A stretch of DNA of 64,000 nt, taken from contig OY969791.1 in the NCBI GenBank assembly GCA_963703135.1, positions 46,954-110,953 of the forward strand, given 5' to 3'. Under the pieces are notes generated by a model, which was not told where the DNA came from, did no database searches, and saw only the letters and a program-made list of their open reading frames with translations. Below, piece by piece: positions 8,389 through 15,265 of the stretch; position 1 is the first letter of the stretch, and every line of letters begins with the position of its first letter. This stretch comes from an uncultured Solirubrobacterales bacterium (lineage in GTDB: Bacteria > Actinomycetota > Thermoleophilia > Solirubrobacterales > Solirubrobacteraceae). A program made the position numbers and the translations under genes.

Positions 8389-10032
8389 TCAGGCGGGCGC
8401 GATCGGAAACGGCTTGCCCGCGAGCGCCGCGAGCGCCTCGGCGGTCACCCATACCGGCGTTTGCGCGCTGGTGCGCGAATAGCGCACGCTCCCGTCGGGG
8501 CCAGACAGGCTCTCCAGGTAGCCGATCGGCGAGCGGCTGGCGCCTCTCTTGACAGCGCTCGGGTTCACACCGGCGGCCACCAGGCCCTGGACCGCCCAGG
8601 CCGTCGACTGGGCGTTGGATTCGCCGCCCGGCTGTTGGGGAAAGCCACCGTCGGGATTCTGGGCGCGACGCAGATAGGCCACCGCGCGAGCTGTCAGCCC
8701 ACTGTTTCGCTGCCCCGTCGCTGCCACCGCGGCCTGCAATGCCGCCGCCGTGTCGTCCACGTCCTCGCTGCCCCCGCGCCCGGCGAAACCGAAGCCACCG
8801 TCGCGATCCTGCTGCACCGCCAACCATCTCCCCGCCGAGTTCACGAGCTGATTGTCCGACGCCTTGCCGGCCACACGCAAAGCGAGAATCGCAAAGGCCG
8901 TGATGTTCACCAGGTGCGCGAACGAGCCGTCGCTCGAGCGTTCGCGACGCAAATCGGCGAGCAGCCCCCCACCGCCGAAGGCCGAGGCGGGCAAGCCGCA
9001 GGCATGCAAGGCCAGGATCGTGCGCTCATAGTCCCCGGCACCTTGCAGAGTGGAGTCCTGGCCCCGCAACGCGTCGAGCACCGAGTGCCCGCCACGCTTC
9101 AAAGTCAGCGGATTGCGACCCGCGGCCGCCAAGCCGATCGCCGCCCAGGAGGAATACAGCTCGCTGCTGCGCTGCCCCTTGGCCGCACCGAAGCCGCCGT
9201 CGCCGTTCTGGGCGCCCTCCAGGTAGGCCACGCCGCGCGAGAGCGCCGAGGAAGCGGCGCGGGCCACGCCCACGCCGGTCCTCGCGGGGGCCGGTGGCAC
9301 CAAAGCCGCGGAGTTCCGTGCCCGCAAAACGGTTGCCCCACGCGCGCGCGCAGGGTGGCCGATCGCGTACATACCCCCGCCCACCAGCGCGACCACAACA
9401 AGTGCCGCCGCGGCGGGCGGACTGACCGGCTTCCACTCGACCGTCATGCGGGCCCGCACGCGACCCAGCAGCCGCGCCAGCTCGGGCCCGAAGGCGAACC
9501 CGAACAGGAAGCTCGCCACAACATCGGTTATGTCGTAAGGCAGGGATTGGCCCGCCGTCAAAAAGAAGGCGACCGGCGTGTGGCTGGCCCCCAAAGTCCA
9601 CGTGTACACGTTCATGATCTCCTTCGCCACCAAAGCCATGACCGCGCATGCCAGCGCGATCCCAAAGCGCCCCAAGCGCCTGCCGCTGAGACGCCCAAGC
9701 GCTGCGCCTGCAAGGCCCACAAGCCCCCATGCGGCCATCTGCCAAGGCGTGTAGGGCCCCTGGCCGAGCACGATGTTCGAGGCCAGCATCCCGATCGCCC
9801 CCACCGCGAAGCCCGGGATCGGCCCAAGCGCATAGCCCACGACCAAGGTCATCGCCGTGATCGGCTTCACGTCGGGCAGCGCCACGAACGCGTCGCGCCC
9901 CAGGGCCGCCACGGCCGCCAATGTGCCGACGACCGCGGTCATGCGCGCCGTAGGTCGCGAGCGCTCATAGGCCAGCCAGCCCGCGACCAGCACGCCGAAG
10001 ACGATCGCAAAGCTCGCCACGAGCCAGCTCAC
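8389..10032 (-). CDS. ECF-transporter S-component-like membrane domain fused through an extra TM helix to a prenyltransferase/squalene-cyclase-type alpha/alpha-toroid repeat domain
   Basis: The N-terminal ~200 aa contain about six helices (VASFAIVFGVLVAGWLAY, ITAMTLVVGYALGPIPGFAVGAIGMLASNIVLG, WQMAAWGLVGLAGAALG ..). A further helix AAAALVVVALVGGGMYAI follows. After it come the repeats YLEGAQNGDGGFG, WLAVQQDRDGGFGF, YLRRAQNPDGGFPQ and YLESLSGPDGSVRY. The GTG start overlaps the ecfA stop (GTGA at 10029-10032). Confidence 0.7.
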   Translation of the reverse strand: MSWLVASFAIVFGVLVAGWLAYERSRPTARMTAVVGTLAAVAALGRDAFVALPDVKPITAMTLVVGYALGPIPGFAVGAIGMLASNIVLGQGPYTPWQMAAWGLVGLAGAALGRLSGRRLGRFGIALACAVMALVAKEIMNVYTWTLGASHTPVAFFLTAGQSLPYDITDVVASFLFGFAFGPELARLLGRVRARMTVEWKPVSPPAAAALVVVALVGGGMYAIGHPARARGATVLRARNSAALVPPAPARTGVGVARAASSALSRGVAYLEGAQNGDGGFGAAKGQRSSELYSSWAAIGLAAAGRNPLTLKRGGHSVLDALRGQDSTLQGAGDYERTILALHACGLPASAFGGGGLLADLRRERSSDGSFAHLVNITAFAILALRVAGKASDNQLVNSAGRWLAVQQDRDGGFGFAGRGGSEDVDDTAAALQAAVAATGQRNSGLTARAVAYLRRAQNPDGGFPQQPGGESNAQSTAWAVQGLVAAGVNPSAVKRGASRSPIGYLESLSGPDGSVRYSRTSAQTPVWVTAEALAALAGKPFPIAPA

Positions 10033-11885
10033 GACACTCCTCCCTGACCGACCGCTCCCTGCCCCACCGCCGCCCTACCCACCGCCGCCTGGCCCACCGC
10101 CGCCTGGCCCACCGCCGCCTGGCCCACCGCCGCCTGGCCCACCGCTCCCAGAGGCTCGGCGCGCCCCGCTTGCGAGCGGACCGCTGTCCGTCCGCGCGCG
10201 GCCAAGACATTGGCGCCCGCCTCCGGCTCCAGCGCCTCGACTGCGCCCCCGAGAATGCGGGCGGTTTCGGTCGAGAAGTACCAGCCGCCGGCCAGTAGCT
10301 CCGCGGCCGGGCCGTCCGCGATCACGCGCCCGTCCGCCAGCAGGACGGCCCGCTCGGCGCATGCCGCCGCGAACTCGGGGTCGTGCGTGGCCACGATCAC
10401 CGCCTGACCCCCTTCGGCGCGGCGACGCAACTCGGCGGCAAGCGCCGCTTTGGCCTCGCGGTCCATGCCGCGCGTGGGCTCGTCCAAGGCCAGGACCACC
10501 GGCGCATCCTCGGCCTGCTCCGGCTCGCCCTCCGGCCCCGGCCCAGCTCCCGCCCGGGCCGCATCGCCCTCCGGCGCCACGATCGCCAAGGCCAGGCGCT
10601 GGCGCTCCCCGCCGGACAGATCCCTCGGGTTGCGCTCGCCCAAGCCTGCCAGCCCCGCGGCCGCCAACGCACCTGGCGACACTTCGTCGGCGACGCGCTC
10701 GCGCAGGAAGTAATCGTTGGGGTTCTGTAGCAGCAACGCCACCCGCCCCGCCGTATCCACCCTGCCCCGCGTGGGACCCAACAGGCCCGCCGCGTGACGC
10801 AGAAGCGTCGACTTGCCCGCCCCGTTGCGTCCCATCAAAGCGACCGTCTCGCCACCTCGCACGACCAGATCGACACCGCGCAGGATCGCCGGGCCGCGCG
10901 GAATCTCATACCAAAGCCCCCTGATCGAGAGGGGCACGCCGGTCCCTCCCCCAAACCGCAAGCCCCGGCGAGGAGCGGGCTTGGCCTCTGCACCGCGGCG
11001 GCGGGACAACAAGCCGCCCCCAGGACCAGCCGCCGCCGTCACACGCTGCGCCTCGCCCTCCAGCAGCCCGCGGGCGCGCAGCGTCGCACGAGCCTGCTTG
11101 ACGCCGACCGGGGCGGGACTCAGCCCGGACAGGGCAAACAGCTTGGCGCCGGGCGTCTGTAGCGCCGGCGCCTCGCTGCGCGCCCACTCCAAGAAGTCCT
11201 TCGGCGAACCGTCGTGCGCGACGCGACCCCCGTGCATCGCGATCGCCCGGTCGGCGGCCGCCAAGCAGCGCTCCAAGCGGTGCTCGCACAGCAGGATCGT
11301 CATGTCCCACTCCTGGTTGAGCCTGCGCAACAGCCCGATCAGCTCATCGCCCGCGACCGGGTCCAGTTGCGAGGTGGGCTCGTCGAGCAGCACCACCTTC
11401 GGGCGTCCCGCAAGCGCCGCGCCCAGCGCGACCCGCTGCTGCTCGCCACCCGAGAGCTCTTGGGTGGAGCGCTCCAGCAGACGGTCGATGCCGAGCGCCA
11501 AAGCCACCTCCTCGACCCCCCTTGCCACCATCGCCGGTGTGTGGCCCCTGTTTTCAAGCGCCAGCGCCAGCTCCGCGCGCACCGAGCCCATCACCAGCTG
11601 CGTCTCCGGGTCTTGGAACAGGGCGCCCGTCAGCGCTCCCAGGCGCGCCGGGGGATGCTCGCGCGTGTCGAGTCCCTCGACCGTCACCCTGCCCGCGAAC
11701 GAGCCGCCAAAGAAGTGCGGCGCCAGACCGCACGCCGCTCTGAGCAGCGTGGACTTGCCGTGCCCCGAGAGCCCCGCCAACACGCACATCTCCCCCGGCT
11801 CGATCGTCAAGCTCACGTCGAGCAGCGCCGGAGTCTCGGCCCCCGGGTAGGTGTAGGTGACGCGCTCGAAAGCGACCGCGCTCAC
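10029..11885 (-). CDS. ecfA: Fused double ABC ATPase of an ECF transporter (EcfA-EcfA')
   Basis: Two cassettes are present. Walker A motifs are GLSGHGKST and GRNGAGKST. Signature motifs are LSGGEQQRV and LSGGERQRL. Walker B motifs are VVLLDEP and VLALDEP. Start taken at GTG 11885 (VSAVAFERVTYTYPG, GAAGGA 4-5 nt upstream). The track ORF extends to TTG 11951. Confidence 0.88.
   Translation of the reverse strand: MSAVAFERVTYTYPGAETPALLDVSLTIEPGEMCVLAGLSGHGKSTLLRAACGLAPHFFGGSFAGRVTVEGLDTREHPPARLGALTGALFQDPETQLVMGSVRAELALALENRGHTPAMVARGVEEVALALGIDRLLERSTQELSGGEQQRVALGAALAGRPKVVLLDEPTSQLDPVAGDELIGLLRRLNQEWDMTILLCEHRLERCLAAADRAIAMHGGRVAHDGSPKDFLEWARSEAPALQTPGAKLFALSGLSPAPVGVKQARATLRARGLLEGEAQRVTAAAGPGGGLLSRRRGAEAKPAPRRGLRFGGGTGVPLSIRGLWYEIPRGPAILRGVDLVVRGGETVALMGRNGAGKSTLLRHAAGLLGPTRGRVDTAGRVALLLQNPNDYFLRERVADEVSPGALAAAGLAGLGERNPRDLSGGERQRLALAIVAPEGDAARAGAGPGPEGEPEQAEDAPVVLALDEPTRGMDREAKAALAAELRRRAEGGQAVIVATHDPEFAAACAERAVLLADGRVIADGPAAELLAGGWYFSTETARILGGAVEALEPEAGANVLAARGRTAVRSQAGRAEPLGAVGQAAVGQAAVGQAAVGQAAVGRAAVGQGAVGQGGVS
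10048..10152 (-). repeat. 15-bp in-frame tandem repeat (4 perfect and about 3 degenerate copies of CCCACCGCCGCCTGG on the + strand) encoding (AAVGQ)n at the EcfA C-terminus
   Basis: Perfect copies at 10078-10092, 10093-10107, 10108-10122 and 10123-10137. Degenerate copies flank them. The ecfA frame translates the region as GAVGQAAVGQAAVGQAAVGQAAVGRAAVGQGAVGQGGVS. Confidence 0.95.
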
Positions 11886-11922
11886 GGGATCCTTCGATCG
11901 GATCGACCGGTTCCAGACGAGT

Positions 11923-12828
11923 TCACGGCTCGATGCCCCTGCGGTCCGCAAATGGAGCGAGGATCGCGAGCGCCAGCACCAACGCGAGCGCAGCCGTCTC
12001 GCCGGCGGCCGCCGCTTTGATTTCGGGGTAGGCCTCGAATGCGGCGAATCCCGCCAATCGCGCCGCCAGCGCGAGGGCCGCCACGGCGAGGGCCGAGGTC
12101 GCGAACGCCAGATCGTGGCGCGACCACGGGATCGGTCTGCGCTGGGCGCGTCTGCCCTCGGCGAAGCCTCGCAGCTCCAAGGTCGCCGCCACGTCCATGG
12201 CGCGGTCCAAGGAGGAGGACAAGATTGCGCTCACGAGGGTGCCCTGCGTGCGCGCGCGCGAAAGACGGCCCTCTCCGCGCGTGCGCGTGGGCCGGGTCCT
12301 CTGCGCTTCTGCGAGCCGACGCGCGTCGCCGGCCAACACGGGGACCATGCGGGTCGCCAGCGACGCCGTCAGCGCCGAGCGAAACGAGAGTCTGCGCACG
12401 CCCCGCAGCAGCTCGTCCGGATCGACCGCCAAGCTGCCCAAGGTCGTGGCCAGCATCAACAGCGACACCTTCAGCGCGATCACCACGCCATAGACGAGCG
12501 CCTCGACCGTCAAGTTTCCCTGGCCGAAAGGCCCCAAATCGCCGAGCCGCGCGAACACGGTCAAACCGTCCCGCGACACAAGCACGTTCACGACGACGAT
12601 CGGCAGCGCCACGATCGCCGCCATCCGCAGCGAGCGCAAGACCTGAGGACCCACGCCCGCCGCCGCGCCCGCTGCCACGATCGCGCCCAGCTCGGCTGCC
12701 AACACGAACGGGCTTTCGCTAGCGAGCGCGGCCACGATCAAGGCGGCTGTCCAGGCCGCTCCCACGCTCGCGCGCGTGGCGTGCAACGGGCTCGCCAAGC
12801 GCCTATAGAAGAGGGTGTCCCCGATCAC
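11923..12828 (-). CDS. ecfT: ECF transporter transmembrane (T) component, CbiQ/EcfT family
   Basis: C-terminal 302 codons of ORF 11923..13734. The protein is a multi-TM protein with LSFRSALTASLATRMVPVLAGDARRLAEAQRTR.. and SLDRAMDVAATLELRGF, typical of CbiQ/EcfT. The GTG start at 12828 overlaps the upstream stop (GTGA). The remainder of the 603-aa ORF is an out-of-frame overlap with the DUF4430 gene. Confidence 0.8.
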   Translation of the reverse strand: MIGDTLFYRRLASPLHATRASVGAAWTAALIVAALASESPFVLAAELGAIVAAGAAAGVGPQVLRSLRMAAIVALPIVVVNVLVSRDGLTVFARLGDLGPFGQGNLTVEALVYGVVIALKVSLLMLATTLGSLAVDPDELLRGVRRLSFRSALTASLATRMVPVLAGDARRLAEAQRTRPTRTRGEGRLSRARTQGTLVSAILSSSLDRAMDVAATLELRGFAEGRRAQRRPIPWSRHDLAFATSALAVAALALAARLAGFAAFEAYPEIKAAAAGETAALALVLALAILAPFADRRGIEP

Positions 12829-13766
12829 GGTGTCGGCACCGGGCGCGCCGTGCCGTCGGCTTCCAGCGCCAGCGCGAAACGGTCGTGGAGCGCCGCTTCG
12901 GAGAAAGCCGCCGCCGCGTGTTCCACCCCGTTCGCGTCGGTGCCTGTGACCACCCACAGTGGCTCCTCTTGGGCGTAGCGAGTGGCGGCCACCAGGCCCC
13001 CTCCCGCGCCCAGCGTCTTGGTCCTGTGTCCCTGCGCGTCGAGCAGGCTCAAGGAATGCCCGTCGCCCGCAAAGCGCGCATACACCCCGCTTGCGCCCGG
13101 CCCCCGCTCGATCGCCTCGCTCGCCGGCGTGGCCCTCACCGCCTGCCAAGGCCCGACCAGCACCCGCAACGTTTCCGGCTCGTCTCCCGGGCCGATCCCC
13201 GCGATCGCGGCCGGCACGCCCGCGGCACGCAGTCGGGCGACCACCGTCTGGCAGGCCTTGCCTTGCACTTCGGCGCATTCCACGCGCACCGGCAACCGCT
13301 TGCCTTCGCTGCCGTTCACGAACGGCTCCGGAAAAGACCCGACGACCGCCGGCACGTCCTCGGTTTGGCTCCAGTCGTGCAGGTCCCACCAGATGTGGTC
13401 GCCCGCGTGGACATCTGTGCCGGCCCCGCCCTTGGGCGCCTCGATCCCGTTGACGTAATAGAACCAGTCGACCGGTTCCCCTCCCTGCGTGGTGCCCGCA
13501 CGCCCGTCGATGCTCTGCACGAAGCCGCCCCCGTACCTGGTCGTGACCTGGTGGTTGCGCATCAACAGGCTCATGACCGTCTCCTGGCCGCTCACCTTCG
13601 GCGCCCCTTGGCCTCCGAGCGGCTTGGCGCCGAAGTCTTCGGTCACGCTCAGGTGGATCGCGCTCGGCGTGGCGCCCGGCCCGATCCCGCAGCCGCCGAC
13701 AGCCGCCGCCACCAGGCCGAGCGCAACCGCCCAAATCGGGCGCCTACTTGACATAAAAGACGACAT
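12825..13766 (-). CDS. Lipoprotein with an N-terminal DUF4430-like (transcobalamin beta-domain-like) module
   Basis: Signal peptide with lipobox (LGLVAAAVGGCG). The DUF4430-style block is TVMSLLMRNHQVTTRYGGGFVQSIDGRAG..VDWFYYVNGIEAPKGGAGTDVHAGDHIWWDLHDW. An alternative ATG lies at 13754. Confidence 0.7.
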   Translation of the reverse strand: MSSFMSSRRPIWAVALGLVAAAVGGCGIGPGATPSAIHLSVTEDFGAKPLGGQGAPKVSGQETVMSLLMRNHQVTTRYGGGFVQSIDGRAGTTQGGEPVDWFYYVNGIEAPKGGAGTDVHAGDHIWWDLHDWSQTEDVPAVVGSFPEPFVNGSEGKRLPVRVECAEVQGKACQTVVARLRAAGVPAAIAGIGPGDEPETLRVLVGPWQAVRATPASEAIERGPGASGVYARFAGDGHSLSLLDAQGHRTKTLGAGGGLVAATRYAQEEPLWVVTGTDANGVEHAAAAFSEAALHDRFALALEADGTARPVPTP

Positions 13767-15003
13767 GGCTCACGCCGGGGACGAGCTTGGTGAATTCTCC
13801 CGCGTCGTTGACCGCCTTGACGTCGTACACGTAGCGACCCCTCGGCAGAGCCGCCGGCAGCAGATAGCTGAACGACTCGGTGTCGCCCACCATAAAGAAC
13901 CTCTTCGTCCCGCAACGACTGGTCACAAAGCGTCCCTTCGAGCCGCTGAAGGCAAAACAGCGTTTGCCCTTACGCCGCGCCAAGCTGATCCGCACTTCCT
14001 TGAGCGAGCCGCCCGCAGGCACGCTGACCGTGCCGTTGAGGATCCTCGGGGCTTTGCGCTTGGAGTACACGCGTCCCGGCTTGATCCCCGTCACCCTCGG
14101 GTAGGAGCTGACATGCGGCAGGCGGATCGTTGGGCAGCTGGCCGAGCCGGCGGCAGCAACGGCACACTCGACCGGTGGTTTGCCGGGCCCAAGCGGTCCT
14201 CCGCACGACGCCGAAGCAGACGCGGTAGCACACGCGACCGTCGGCGCGCAGACGCCATCGTCGCCGTTATGCACGCAGATCGTCGCCTCGGTGCGCACCG
14301 CCGGTGGGCCAGTCGCGGCTCCGTTGACCCGCAGTGTGTAGGAGCCCGCACCGATGAACTTCAGTGTCGCGTGACCTTGCGAATCGGTAGTCGCTTCGGC
14401 CCCGTCCCCAACCACGCTCGCGCCGACCGCAGGCGAGGGTTCGCCCTTGGCGTTGTACTGCTTCACGCTCACCGCAGTCGCTTCGCCGACGTTGGCCGTG
14501 GTGGGCGCTTCGATCTCTAGTGGCGTGGGGTTCGGTGGGCAGGCAGAGCCTTCGCATTCGACCAAAAGCAATACGTTTGCACCGGGCGCCAGTTCGACGC
14601 CACATACTCCGTGTTCTGTTTGAAAAACGTCGTTCAACCAGAACGACCAGAAGTAGTTTGCGTTCGAACCAAGTTCGAAGGGGTGACTCTCGCCCCCGAT
14701 CATTTCGACCGAGTAGCCGACTTCATCACCAAACCACTTGCCGCCCCAATTGCCGGCAGTCGCCAGCTGTAGCGCGCCAGCGGCGCTGGTGCCCGGACAC
14801 GAGTCAGCTTCGTTGCCGTCCTTGACGACAGGCGTCGTCGTGGTAGTGACGAGCGTCGGCGGAAGCTTTGTTTCGCTTAGCCCCTCAACCCTGACGGTGA
14901 CCTGGGCGGGCATCCCGGCGGCAAGCGCGCGGGCCGGGACGAACAGACAAAAGAGCGCGACAGCGAGGACCGCCGAGCGCGAGCAAATACGAGCTTGAGA
15001 CAT
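13744..15003 (-). CDS. Secreted protein: N-terminal DUF4430-like module plus two beta-sandwich (Ig/CarboxypepD_reg-like) regions; first gene after the riboswitch
   Basis: Signal peptide SAVLAVALFCLFVPARALAA. The next block, QVTVRVEGLSET..SAAGALQLATAGNWGGKW..GYSVEMIGGES..NYFWSFWLNDVFQ..ELAPGANVLLLVEC, resembles DUF4430. The ATG at 15003 has GAAAGGGG 8 nt upstream. The track ORF begins at TTG 15012. Confidence 0.65.
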   Translation of the reverse strand: MSQARICSRSAVLAVALFCLFVPARALAAGMPAQVTVRVEGLSETKLPPTLVTTTTTPVVKDGNEADSCPGTSAAGALQLATAGNWGGKWFGDEVGYSVEMIGGESHPFELGSNANYFWSFWLNDVFQTEHGVCGVELAPGANVLLLVECEGSACPPNPTPLEIEAPTTANVGEATAVSVKQYNAKGEPSPAVGASVVGDGAEATTDSQGHATLKFIGAGSYTLRVNGAATGPPAVRTEATICVHNGDDGVCAPTVACATASASASCGGPLGPGKPPVECAVAAAGSASCPTIRLPHVSSYPRVTGIKPGRVYSKRKAPRILNGTVSVPAGGSLKEVRISLARRKGKRCFAFSGSKGRFVTSRCGTKRFFMVGDTESFSYLLPAALPRGRYVYDVKAVNDAGEFTKLVPGVSHVVFYVK

Positions 15004-15039
15004 TGCAGCCAACCCCTTTCCACGAGGGCTTTGTGGGCT

Positions 15040-15205
15040 TGTGGTCGGAGGCAGGTTTCCTGGCTCCCGGGCCTACCCTCCGCGCCTTCCCGATCCGCCG
15101 AGCGGCCGATCAGTGGCTGCGCTTGCGCGCCGCGTCTGGCATCCCCGGTCACAGTGGCGGGTCCGCGCCGGATTCGCACCGACTTCCCTTTCCACCGACC
15201 TTTGA
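15040..15205 (-). promoter_or_regulatory. Cobalamin (AdoCbl) riboswitch aptamer
   Basis: The minus-strand RNA reads GGUCGGUGGAAAGGGAAGUCGGUGCGAAUCCGGCGCGGACCCGCCACUGUGACCGGGG ... GGGAGCCAGGAAACCUGCCUCCGACC. It has the conserved GGGAA/GGUG/AAUCC/CCCGCCACUG core (+ strand 15151-15190). It has a B12-box-like AGCCAGGAAACCUGCC (+ strand 15050-15065). The closing helix is GGUCGG/CCGACC. A downstream CCCU..AGGG pairing could mask the SD of the first gene. Confidence 0.85.
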
Positions 15206-15265
15206 ACGCCCGTCATCCTACACCCGCGCGCGGCCGTCGCGCCCCTGAGAGCCGGGAGCGCTTGG

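Larger units (their letters stand above)
8389..15205 (-). other. Riboswitch-led corrinoid ECF-importer operon (riboswitch, 2 DUF4430-like secreted proteins, EcfT, EcfAA', S-component fusion)
   Basis: All genes are co-directional. Junctions overlap by 4-23 nt or are under 40 nt apart, and there is no internal terminator-like gap. Confidence 0.75.

Noticed and set aside
10048-10152. CRISPR-like appearance of the 15-bp repeat block
   Set aside because: The units are directly adjacent with no spacers, lie in frame inside ecfA and are only 15 bp long. There are no cas genes in the window. This is a coding VNTR, not a CRISPR array.
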